The position numbers and the translations under genes are program-made. A stretch of 63,155 nt of DNA, counting the filler, from Choristocarpus tenellus KU-1152 (Eukaryota; Protista; Phaeophyceae): NCBI GenBank assembly GCA_964200185.2. It is 9 parts of 9 records of this genome, joined end to end, with 100 filler letters (N's around TTAATTAATTAA, not from the genome) between each part and the next. Parts side by side here need not be neighbours in the genome. Positions count along the whole stretch, not along the records: positions 39,376 to 43,342 come from CAXNAD020016876.1; positions 43,443 to 48,938 come from CAXNAD020010608.1; positions 49,039 to 63,155 come from CAXNAD020001275.1; 6 more parts are not named here. One strand, given 5' to 3'. A model generated the notes under the pieces. It was not told the origin of the DNA and made no database searches. It saw only the letters and a program-made list of their open reading frames with translations. Positions 39,485 through 52,200 of the stretch are shown in pieces. The first letter of the stretch is position 1; every line of letters begins with the position of its first letter.

Positions 39485-40837
39485 CTCATCAAGGCCCACG
39501 ATTCTACGAATATCTGCTGCCACAACCTCATCTCCACCCCCCTCCAGTGCTGCCTGGCAAGACCCTACTCCTGTCTCCCTATCCATGTGCACACCATTCC
39601 CAGGACACCCTAGTCTTGCCCCAGCCCCCCTAGCAGCAACAACTACGCTCTTGCACATTACTCCAACAATGGCAGCCACACTTGAGGAGTCAGCCCCTCC
39701 CGAGAGGGGCAAGAAGAACCCTGAGGCTCCGGACCTTCGCAAGTAGTCCCAGAGCCAACAGGCGGGCCCTAGGGCACACTCCTCCTCAGGGCTTATTAGG
39801 TATGCCAAAGGTGGGAGGGGACGGGGATGGGGACATGTTAGAAACATGTTGCGGTGGTGAGGAAGCAGTTTCCAACAAATAAGAAGAAAAAAAATGACAA
39901 GAAACAGAGTAGGGGAGAGTGCATCGGGAATGAATGCATATTATGAATGCATATTATTGGCTAGATTGCGACACATAGGCGAATGATTGGTCAAAAAGTT
40001 GCTCTTTAGATCGTTTGCCCGAGCTCTCGAGCAGGGCACAGTTCAGGCGTCGAACGATGTTCCAAAGTTGTACAGGTTAGTGATATGGAAGGCGTGTGTG
40101 TGTGTGTGTGTGTGTGTGAGGGAAATCTCAAGTGTATGATACAGGCTGGGAAAAGTGTGGGTGGATTAGGAACACGGTTCAAAATACTTCAAGGGTGAAA
40201 AAAAGAAGAAGAAAAGGGTACAGTCGCTAAGAGTAGAATCTACACTTAATATTTAATTTTTGAAACGGTGAGTTGAGCATAAAATAAAATAAACGTACAG
40301 AGATCAAAATAAATTTATTCATACCATCAAACCATGTGAGTAGTCCCTTGAGCACCACAGGGAAGTCCAGCGGATCATCGGCAGTCCAATTGCACATTAC
40401 AAAAATAAAATAAAAAACAAGCGACGGTGTAGAGTACTTCACCCCTTGAACTTCAAGTTCATCCACATTTTTTTATTTTTGGTCGTGTGGCGTTATCACT
40501 AAAAATATCAACCGATACTAAAAGCGGAAGGATAATTCACACCTCCCATATAGAGCACACAACCGCCTCCTCCTCGTTAATCCCATCTAATCAGACAAAA
40601 AAAGAATAAAACACTCGAAATCTTCCGGGGCGAGAAAATCTGATCCTTGAAAAAAACAAAATCTCTCTCTCTCTCTCTATATATATATATAAATATATAA
40701 AATCCAATTCAATCAAACGTGTATCGATTTACCTACCAACAGCTTAATCATCCCAAATAAAAAAATAAGTGGCAATAATAACAAAAGACTACTTCAACAT
40801 CATCGTCGTGTGTAAAACTCAGGTGAGAAAAGAGGTA

Positions 40838-40875
<38 letters not shown>

Positions 40876-42476
40876 CCGAGAACATGTGGCATGGTGGTTG
40901 GGCTTCAGGGGATGTCACAAAGAGATCTGGCTTCCATGTTTCTTGAGGGGAGTAATGCTGGGGGGCAGGGGAGTTGAGCGGAGTGGAGTGGGTAGGTGGC
41001 AGGCAGCGCAGTGAGGCTGAGCAACTGTAACTGTAACTGTAACTGAAAGGGGGGAGCATTGTCCACATTTCGAGTTTTTAAATCTTATTTCCGAAAATTA
41101 AACAGCGGTGCAAGACGACGGAGGAACTCGAAAAAGGGCCTCAGTAATGGATAACCTGATTGTGTCAGGTGAATGCAGTCACAAAACATCAAATATAAAC
41201 TCCACAGGTAGGGGACCGTATGCTCAGAAAAAAAAAATATTTTTTTCACCAGAGAGTCAGCGGGGGCCTGTAAGACTCAGTGGAAACCGGCTCTTGGATA
41301 CTTCAGCTACATTGACAAAACACTACGTCCTTGGAGTAAGAAGTAGAAGGATATAAAAAAGAAGTAAGAAATATGGCATGGCAGCAAGGGTGGGCCCGAT
41401 GCTACTCTATACCTACTCTTGCATCTAATGAACACCCCCTCGACTTCAACCATGTACCAAATTCAAAAAACAGTGATTCAAACCCTTCACTAATTTCAGT
41501 ACCATAAATGGTAGCGACAAACTAGTCATAAACTTTCAATACTCAAGAAGGGCAATATATATATTTATATTTATATATTCTGAAAAGAGTAAGAACACAA
41601 ATTTCTAGGCCATGTATTCCTCAAATCACAATAAATGCCATTTTCCTGAACATATAATATTAAAAAATAAATTCCTTAAAAAAAGTAGAAAAAATCAAGA
41701 TACAGACTAAAGACTTATTTTGGTGCCAGTATGCGCAAAAGAGTCAATTCTTACATCCTGCATTACCAAAAAAAATCTCAAGGCATAAAAAAGAAAGAAA
41801 GAAATATAGTATACTGCCCCTCCCCTCAAACGAGAGCCGAACTCTATACTATTCTTGTACCACATCACTTCACAGAAGATGAACAGCAGACCTTTGTGAA
41901 AAAGTTGCATTAGGTTTTTAATAATCAAGATAGTAATGAAAGTAAACTGATTACAATTGACAGAGCGGCGGACACTGCAGCCCCCCCCCCACCCGATCCT
42001 TTTACACCAATAACATCAGCTCATTTACCACATTCAGTCAATGGGATACATTTGCACCCTAACCTTTACGACGTATGATGCGGACACTGTGCTTATAGTG
42101 ATACCACACAACACAAAACCTCTCTTGCCGTCCAGGCTACCATGGCATATCTTATCACATCTCTCTACCGACAATCTCATGTGTTCTCTCATGTGCATCC
42201 TCACCACTCTCCTCGAAACGCCTCTCAAACTGCAGTTTGTATAAAACCATCAGTACATACACAAGGACACACTGCATCGTACCTGTGAATCCTGAGGGGT
42301 TGTGGCAGGGTTGGATGAATCAAAAGACTGTCCTCTCCGCAAGGGGGTGAAAGGCAGAACCCCCCGGGAGCCTCCACCGTGGGGAGGCGTTTCGCCCAGC
42401 TGCCCTGTTCCATCCTGGAACTGACAGAGGCTCTGTAAGAGCGCACATCTTCTAGATTGACAGTGGCTGTCACAAC
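39485..42476 (-). CDS. NADSYN1: Glutamine-dependent NAD(+) synthetase, two internal exons
   Basis: Exon 42476-42283 ([17 protein letters not shown]..) splices in phase 2 to exon 39791-39485 ([38 protein letters not shown]..). These are diagnostic QNS1/NADSYN1 motifs. Confidence 0.93.
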
Positions 42477-43950
42477 CTTGCTCAGGCGTAAAATACACGA
42501 ACAAACATTTGTCCCAGGTGGAGGTATGTGAATAGAGAGATTATTTTCAGTGAACACTAAAACCAAAACCCTAGGAACCGAACACCTCTAGTATTGTGAG
42601 TAATTTTATTTTTTTCCAATTTTTGCACGTACAATTATACATATATAGACACATACCTACATACTACATACATATATACATATAGACACATACCTGCATA
42701 CATATAGACATAGATTCATATATACGTAGAACAAAAGTCACAATTATTCTCATAATTCTAAATCTTTGTGGTAGAAGGACAGTACGACAATATCACAAAA
42801 AGAAAATGAATGGAGCATACCACAAACAACAAGTCACAAATCACGCCTTTCCATCCTTCCTTGCAGGTCGATGGCAGAGTACAGACACACGTTTCCAGGA
42901 GCTTAAATTTATTTTGCACTCATTTTTTATTTTTATTTTGCCACGGTACCGTTGCGGTATGCTTTGGGATTAAAAAAAAAAAAAGCCTCTTTTGATCCCA
43001 TTTTTTTTTTTACAAGGGAACACACAACAGTAGTTACCAACCCACAACTTGACTCCTTCTGCACAAGAACAAAAAAAAAGAAAAGAAGATGATTTCGATA
43101 ATCTAAAAAGAATCACAACCCAGACAGATGTGACTCTTCTTGGCCTATCACTACAACAAAAAGAGGTTACCACACTGGATAACAAGCGCATCCATGCAAG
43201 AAAAAAAAGGGTGGGGGGCAGGGGGCGGGCAGGCGGGCGGGGGGGGGGGGGGGGGGGGGGGAATATCCGTTGAGAAAGGGATAGATTTCCAGTGATTGCC
43301 GCTACAACCGTTATTATAAAAAAAAAGAGACATGGCTTTATGNNNNNNNNNNNNNNNNNNNNNNNNNNNNNNNNNNNNNNNNNNNNTTAATTAATTAANN
43401 NNNNNNNNNNNNNNNNNNNNNNNNNNNNNNNNNNNNNNNNNNGACCTTTACAATCCCCACACAAGACCACGCCAAATTGACATCTTCCCCCCCCAGATAC
43501 TTTGGGTCTATATGCTAACAGGCAGAAAGGCCATACTATCACCATCCAATGTTTGGCATTGGGAATACAAAGGAAAGTATCAGAATGGACAGTTGTCAGA
43601 TTGGATAACAGAAACAGAAGCAATGGACGGCTTCACCCCACCACAGTTACATGCTTTTCATGCCCTTTGGACCTTTACAATCCCCACACAAGACCACGCC
43701 AAATTGACATCTTCCCCCAAGAAAAACCCTTGTCCCGAGAGGATGCATTGCGCCTTCCCCCCACAGATACCACTGTCAAGAAGTCGTGAAAAGACGAGAG
43801 AGGAAGAGAAAGGTTGTAACAGGCACAGTTTTCGAATTCAAGTCACATCACTGGAGGGTACGGTTGAACGATGGAGATTGGGAGGAATTTTAAACAAGAG
43901 CGAAATGAGTCGCTTCTCCCAAAGATGTTCCAGCAGGTAACAACTCTATG

Positions 43951-45528
43951 CCCGAAAGACAAGGTGTTGAGGATCAGTTAGGCATGCCAGAACAAGGGAA
44001 TAAGGAATCGATAGTCATAGTCACTGAAAGGAACGTAGGTTAAGAGAAGTTGGAACCAAGAAGTCGACCACATCAGAGCGTACAGCAATATATAGGGTCG
44101 CATAGCCGTTATCAACATAAAAAATTAACGTATTTTTTTCCCCCCTTTTCTCTTTTCCAAATGTTTTCTTTTATGTTTTTTTTATTTTTTTTGTCTTTGT
44201 TTTAAAGAATATCTTACACTTCTGTTTTTTTTATATTTTATTTTATTTACTTAGTTCTGATCCCAAAATCTCCATATATATATTTTTTTCTTCCCCCATT
44301 TTTGTTGCTCTCATTGTCCACCTTTTTCTTTTCGCTTTATTTTTTGTTGTCATTGCCTGCTTTGGGCACTAGCAGGCTCGAGTATGCTTTGTACTTTAGG
44401 ACATAGGACAGGCAATCAGCAAATATCCAGGAGGAAGTCATGAATAGTATAGGGTTGTGAATCTATTGCATATAGCACCTACGATGCAGACACAGAGAAG
44501 AGAACCTTGCAAGTCTATGGAACAGAAACCCATACGTATACATTACTCACGTTTGTGATTGGGAAGATTGGAACAGAGGGCCCATTAATTGTAGGTCTAA
44601 TCAGAGCTATATACTTTGTAACGTTTGAAGGTCTAGTTCAGAAAGAACAAGTGTATACTCGGATTAGGCCAGATGCAATTTGACTGAGATTGTATCCTGT
44701 GACCTTGTGGACAGAATCTTTCAAAGGAAACATGGATATAAATTAAATCACACTTGTGACTAGGGAGATTGGAACTGGGGACCCATTTATTTTAGGCCAT
44801 GTCAGAAATGTACGCTTTGTAAATTTTGAAGGTGTGTTTCAGAAGGAACAAGTGTATACTCGGATTAGGCCAGGTGCAAACCGACTCTGATGGTATTCTG
44901 TGACCCTTGGGATAGATTATCCCAAGGAAAACAATAATATTTGTTGATCCATTTTTGGTCCTAATCGGAGTTATATGTTTTTTTATTAAAGTATACACTC
45001 TGGTTTGGTCAGCAGGCATGTGTTGGTTCTGTCTGTGTCTGAAGATTTTTGGAGATTAATTTCCAACATAAACTAGGATATATATCGCTCATTGTTGGAA
45101 ACAACTAGTTAATTTGGAACTGGAATCCCTGTGTTGGAAACAACTGGTAAATTTGTAATTGGAGTCCCCCTCTGTCATTAAATGGTAGCCAATACATGAT
45201 GGTGCAGCACGACCTGAGGTGATGGATGATATTTATGGTCTTAGAGTGAAAGTATCTTAGAGGGTAAGAGTTTTTCCCTGTTTGTCCATTTGAGGCTTGG
45301 CTTTCCATGTTTTTTTTTTACATTTTCCTACTCCGAAATGTTTAGGAGTAGGTAAAATGTGTACGTTATTAAAAGGTATATCTGGAACAAGGATATTGAC
45401 ACTCCCTAACAAACACGATAGCCAAAATTACATCAAAATCGCAACATTGGACATCGGCCCCAAAATGGACGCGGATCTACCCTCTACGATACTTTGGCTC
45501 TTAACACGTGACAAACGCCTGTGGTAAG
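43951..45528 (+). repeat. Dispersed non-coding repeat, copy B (internal duplication plus MITE insertion)
   Basis: Homologous to 13708-14690. The segment GAACAAGTGTATACTCGGATTAGGCCAG occurs twice (~44645 and ~44845). Confidence 0.8.
45244..45500 (+). mobile_element. MITE family 1 copy inserted in a dispersed repeat
   Basis: Same TIRs; TTA on both sides; the paralogous empty site is at ~14660. Confidence 0.9.
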
Positions 45529-45539
45529 CGTGAGTCTTG

Positions 45540-48290
45540 GTGCAGATTGGACTATTGCTATAAGCCGATGACTTTGCGTAGGTCCTTGTGTAGCGACTTC
45601 TTGGTGAAAATTGTGGACTGATCGGAGGAACTATAAGTGCCAAATATATACACAGTGAAAATACCGCTTTCTACCTGTTTCCAAACTGCTTTGGGGTTTC
45701 TACTTTGCAATTATTTAAAGTACATCTTCGAGTGGAGGTAAATTGTGCACATCGGACGACTGGTTTCAGGACCTGTTGAAACCTAGAAATATATCTACTA
45801 GTTTGTATCTATCTTGATACTGTCGAAGAGGAACTACGTGCCAGTAGTTTTGGGAAGTTATCATATGGTGACTTCTTTATGAAAATTGAATTGGTCACAC
45901 GACCTGCAGGGGCCTAAAAACGTATCTTCTGCTTTGCACCTTGTAACTGCCTAAGAGAGGAACTGTATTCCAATTATTTCAAGAATATCCTTTTATGGAG
46001 TTTTTTTTTTGCAAATTAGACTGGTCACAGAACCTGCAGGTGCCTATTAGTATAGTACCTACAAAAGACTGCCTAAATGCGAATGTTGTATGCAAGTCAG
46101 CATTTGCCAACTTGTTGCGCTAATTGGACTGATCATCACAGAACCTTCAGGTGCATGGAAAATCATCTACAGGCTTGCATCTGTTTGTGACCACCATAGA
46201 GTAGCTACAGGCCAATATTTTTGCACGATTCCTTGTGTGGTGACATCTCTGTAAAAATTAACTGGTCGCAGGACTGGCAGCTCCCCCAAAAAATATCTTC
46301 TACTTCTACTTTTTATTGTACCTGCCAAATAGGAGCTACATGCCAATGATTTTGCGCAAGTCCTCGTTTGGCGACTTGCTTGTGCAAACTGGACTTGTCA
46401 GAGGACTTCTAGGTGTCAAAAACATGTACATACTGCTTTCTAACAGTATCGTATCTTTTAAAAAGAGGAGTTATATGCCAAAGTCTTCAGCGAACGTCCT
46501 CGTTGGGCAACTTCTTTGTGCAAATTGGAAAGGTGACGCAACGTGCAGGCGACCAAAAATGTGCCTATGGCTATGTTCCTGTTTTGTAAGTGCCAAAGAG
46601 GAGCTACCTGCCAATGGTTTTGGAAAAATCCTCGTTTGGCGTTTTCCTATAGTAAATTGGACTCTGGAGGCAGGATCTGCAGGCGTGTAAAAACGTATCT
46701 ACTACTTTGTACCTGTTTTGACACCAACAAGGGGTAGAGCTACATGCTAATGTTTTGCGCAAGATTCTCGTAAAGAGGTTTCTTTGTACAAACTTTATTT
46801 TATGAAACTGTCTGGAGGTGCTTTATAATGTATCTAATGCTTCTATTACACCTGTTCAGTAACTGCCAAAGAAGAACTACGTGTCAATGTTTTCGCACAA
46901 GTCTTCGTATTTGTGCCCTTCTGCCAACTGGACTGGTGTGGCATAACACCTGGGTGCTTCGTAATATATGTAGTATGCCGTACCTGCTGCTTTGTAACTG
47001 CCAAAAAGGAGACCACATCTCAACAGTTTCTTCAGGTCCTCGTGCGGCGACGAATTTGCTCGAATTGGATTGGTCACAGGACTTCTGAGTGAAAGTATCT
47101 TAGAGGGTACGAGTTTTTCCCTGCCTGCCCATTTGGGCTTGGCTTCCCGTGGACTTCTTCAGTACATTTTCCTACTCCAAAATGTTTCGGAGTAGGTAAA
47201 ATGTGTATGTTATGAAAAGGTGTGTCCGAAACATGGATATTGACACTTCCTAACAAACACGATAGTCAAAATTATATCAAAATTGCAACATTGGATTTTG
47301 GCCCCCAAGTGGGCACGACTCTACCCTCTCAGATACTTTGACTCTCCTACATCCTTAAAAAATTCTGTACTACTTTATATCAATTTTCTAACTGCTAGGT
47401 AGGAGCTACATGCAGATGATTTTCAGAAGTGCTCGTATGCTCAATTCCTTGAGCAGATTCCAAATGGAGAAGTGACACAACCTTCGAGTGCCCCAAAATA
47501 TACCTATGTTTTTGCTCCTACTTTACAACTGCAAAGGAGGAGCTATTTGCCAGTCGTTTTGCACAAGTCCTCTTCCGGTTAAAGTTGTTTCTACAAATTG
47601 GACATGTGACAGGACCTCCAGATGCCAAAAACATATTTATTGGTTTCTACCTGATGATATTTGTATATATATACCAAAGAGGATGTGCGTGTCATCTACT
47701 GCATTCAAGTGCCCGCGTAGCAATCTCTATGTGCGAATTGGACAAATTACATTATCTGGAGGTATCTAGGAGTATATTGACCGCTTTGTACCTGCTTTGT
47801 GACTGCCAAACAGGAGCTTCTTTCCGGTGATTTTTTCGCAAGTCCTCTTGTGACAATCGCTTGGCGCAAATTGAAATGGTAACACGACCTTCAATATCCT
47901 TCATATACATAGTACTTGTACTACAGTAGTAGAGGTAACATCTGTTTTGTAACTACCAAAGAGGAACTATTTGCCAATATTTTTGGACAAGACCTCGCGT
48001 ACAGATGAGCTTCGTCCAGATTGAACTGGTGACACGACGTTCAGAATCCTGAAAAATGTGTACGTTTATCCTGGTTTGCATTTTTTTTTTTGCCGAAGAA
48101 GATATCCATGCGGGTGCTTTAGCGCAAGTTTTCCTTTGTAGATGTCCTTGTGAAAATTCAACTAGTGAAACGAAGTGTAGGTGTCCAAGAAATATATCTG
48201 CTGGTTCGTACCTGCTTCTCCATAACTACCAAAAGTTAAGCCAGGTGCCAATATTTCCCTCAAATCCTTGTGTGGCAATTTTTATCAACA
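45540..48290. repeat. Degenerate tandem array, unit ~130-140 bp, ~18-20 copies
   Basis: Recurring AATTGGACTGGTCACAGGACC, AACTGCCAAAGAGGAGCTAC and GCAAGTCCTCG motifs, mostly spaced ~130-140 bp; interrupted by the MITE at 47087. Confidence 0.85.
47087..47344 (+). mobile_element. MITE family 1 copy inserted in the ~133-bp array
   Basis: Same TIRs; flanks TTCT and TCCT. Confidence 0.9.
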
Positions 48291-49253
48291 ATATTTTTGT
48301 TCACAACTTTTTTCTACAGACGCACCCTTCTCCTGGGGTTTAGCTTAATTTAAGGCATGTGCATGACAAATATTGCACAAGGTTCAAGAATGCCTTCAAA
48401 TTGAATGGGATCTCAAAATCCACTCCCCGGTCAGCCTTTTCAGCCTATATTTCTACTTCATATTCCAGAGTATTTTTTGCGTACTTTACTTCAAAGTTAC
48501 CTCTGTTTTGTATTATCCGTTCATACGTTACGTTTATAAGTTGGTCTCTCAGACCGAAGAGTTCGATGATGTCAGATTTAGAGTATTTGGCATTTAGTGT
48601 AAGGATATAGGGACCAGCGATTTTCAGGGCAGTTGTTGCACCTTTCGAGTTGAGCAATAGGCATCTCAACTTGGGCACACCTGACCCAAAATGGCATTTC
48701 CAGCAATTTCCGACATTCCTTAAGATCGTTTTCATAATAACTAGTATTGGTAGGGCATATAGAACAGATATTGAGTCGACTACATGGGTGTATGTTGTAG
48801 CAATATTTGGGATGTGAAGTTGCCTCCTCGTCTGCACGCAGAGCCAAGAAAACCCAGGGACTTGCCCATCTTTGGCTCAAAGTATCTGGGAGGGGGTGGC
48901 GGCTGTCCATTTGGGGTCAATTTTTTCATGTCGCAATTNNNNNNNNNNNNNNNNNNNNNNNNNNNNNNNNNNNNNNNNNNNNTTAATTAATTAANNNNNN
49001 NNNNNNNNNNNNNNNNNNNNNNNNNNNNNNNNNNNNNNCCCCACCCCCCCAGATACTTTGGGTCTGAAGGGCTCAGAGTATGAACTGTTGTAAATGTTTG
49101 GGTTTGGGTTAGGGATTGGGGTAAGTCTGTTACCCCTTAACCTTGACCTTTTTACCAAAACGTAATGTACAAGTGTACAAATGAATTTTGGATGAAAGTG
49201 GAGAGTTGCTTGGACGTATGTGTGGAATAGAAGACCTTTTTTTCTCACTCTAC

Positions 49254-52200
49254 CTTGGTGGTCTGTTCAAGCGTGGCGAATCTTTCTGCTACACAGGTCC
49301 TCACCCGTGCTTCCACTACTGAGTTCAGCTCAAGAAGCAATGCAGATGATTGGACTTTCATTGATGTTTCCGCCTGATTGAGGGTCAATGCCATGCGATG
49401 GAATGAGGCCATGCAATGGGTATCTCAACACCATTCCAAGATGAACATTCTTTTTTTTTATACAATTGAGAGTGATATTATCTTAGAGAGTACGAATTTT
49501 TCCCTGCTTGTACATTTGGGGCTTGGCTTCCCACAGGGTTTTTTATGACATTTTACCTACTCCGAAATGTTTTGGAGTAGGTGAAATATATGCATTATGA
49601 AAAGTTGTATCTGGAACAAGGATATTGACACTCCCTAACAAACACGATAGCCAAAATTACATCAAAATCACAGCTTTGTATTTTAGCCCCTAAACGGACG
49701 CAGCTCTACCCTCTAAGATAATTTGACTCTGAGGGCAAGGGACAGGTACGGAAAAGCTACAGTTTATCCAATAGAACTTCCCTAACCCTCAACTTAATAT
49801 ATTCCATTACTCATCAATATATACATTTGGCAACACTCCTTGGATTCAAGTCATAATCAAGTCACTTTTTGAGTGTCTCTATGTCAAACCAAAAAGAACT
49901 ATTTGAAAACTTGACCCGTATGGCAACAAGAATTTGAAAAGTAGGATCCAACATTGCTTAGAGCAGGCACTGCTTCAAGAAAACGGGTTTTTTTTCCTGT
50001 ACCAAAAGCTTCGCCGCATAGAATCTTTTTTTTTTAGGCACGGTGTGCTTCAGACCAGGTTATATATATATATATATATATTCTTTTTTTTCTCAGTAAA
50101 CACTCCAAAGAAGCCACCAATGCTGTGGATGAGTTGTGTTGGCGGTACTCAATATGTGAAGGAGCGCAGTAAACTAGACAGGCAGAGATGGCGGCAAAAA
50201 TATGAGAATCCAAAGTCTTTTATAATCAGCGTTCACCTCTGCAATGACGCCAGTCATATTCCCAGCCCAACCTGGAGTGGGACTAATGATGCCTGCTTTG
50301 TGGGTGAGGCCACATGCATTGAATTCGCTGCACAACTTCATGGCTAAGTTCGAAGCTGTTGTAACACCACGCTCAAGGTCCCCTATCCTGCTCTCAATCT
50401 GAAATTGCGTATTGCCGAGCAAAGGGTGCAGAGGTGTGGTTGGAGGGGGGACTGAATGGTCCCTTCACCTTCACAACTAAAATTTTTTATGTTTGCCTTG
50501 ACAGGAGCTGTTGTACAAAGTACAAGCATGAGTCAAGACAATGTTAAAAAGAAAGAAAAAAAAGCAGGGAAGGGGATGAAACACTGAGGAACAATTCTTT
50601 CAATTCAAACAATAGAGTGGCCCCGATTTTCACATCAAGACAGTAGGAGGCCAGATTTGACCCGCAAACCTCTCCTACCTCTCTACCTCTGGGAAAAATA
50701 TGGGCAAACAGGGGCTCATACCCCTGGGCACTCTGTTAGATATGCGTAGCCAGGGGACTCTCCCACTGACCCCTACTTAACCCGTTGTTGCCATCATCAG
50801 GGAATCAACCCTAACCCTAACCCGGGAGGAGAAAAAGAAAAGGGAAAAGTAAATGGAGAGGGTATCACCGGGTTCAATATTTCCCTTCCGAGTCCAATAG
50901 TATGTTGCAGGATCATTCTTACTCAACTCTTTCTTAAGTCTTTAAATTTCCAACCAAAAAAATCCAAGGACCTTGAGCGAGCTTATGTGATCTTCAGTTC
51001 TGCTGTTGACAAGTAGGGGTGCGTTGTTGCGTGTTCAAAGATGAGATGACACAAAAAAAACTACAAAAAATGTGTGTACATGTCCGTCACATGCTGAACT
51101 TTTTTGGGAGGGTTTTTGGGGGGAAACACCAACAGTGACAAAAGAGGGAGTGATATCTGCAGGGCTGGCATCTAATACTATTCTGTGTAGGGTTAGGGTT
51201 AGGGTTAGGGTTAGTTCCTGTTTCCCTCCCCTATACATATGACCTCTTCACCCCTTCCTCAAATTTGGTAGGGCATGTTCATGGAGAGTGTGCACAACAG
51301 AGGTAACGGGATATAGATGATAACATTATTGCTAGTCATACCTCGTTTTTTACGGTTCATAGAAGGGAATGTGTATTGAGATATACTTCGGCTTTTCAAA
51401 AGGGTTAGAATACTTGAGTATCGAGAAAAGAGAGGATGAAGATGAGAGCTGTGGACTGGAGTCAGATGAGTCAGATGCCAAGAGGAAAGATCACTCTTGC
51501 CTCTTCTAAGCAATGCTACCGCAGCTAGGAATAGCTACATGACCAGGTGCATGCAGATTGAACAACAATATTTTCCCATGTGCTGGAAAACTGATGATTT
51601 GCAAGGAAGGATTCAAAGTTGTCCAAGTCCTCAATCTGGATCCATAAGAGTGTACCTATCCGTTTGCAGTCAAAGAAGTACATATACCCATTATTTGCAT
51701 CAACAACTGTTGAAAATCATCCATAGTCCAGTCAGAGCTAATCAGAAAATAGAAATGTATTTCAGTACCTGATGTTTGAATGGCTCTAATACTGCACTGA
51801 TGGTTGCTTGCAGCTCCCCTTTCTCTACCAGGCCCTGCACTTTGGCTTCAGCTACCAAGCAGCGTCTGTTGAGCTCCCCAAGTGCAACACGTTGTTCAGA
51901 TACCTTTTTACGTTAAAAATACGTTGGAGCAGAACATGTTGTGATGACGAACAAGCAATGGAAGTTGTCTCTCTCTGAACATAAGTAATGGCTGGGTCCA
52001 ACTACTGCTTTGTAGATGGAGACCTGGAGTAATTGTTTCATTGTTTGCTCACAGGCATGATCTCCATTGAAGAGGTCGATTTTGTCCCTGCTTTTGGAGT
52101 AGTATCCTCTTTATCTGTGCATGAAGCTTGAAATCCATCACTACTTATCTTGACCATGGTGAAATGGAAGGAACAGCATTGTCATTAACCGTTTTTTATC

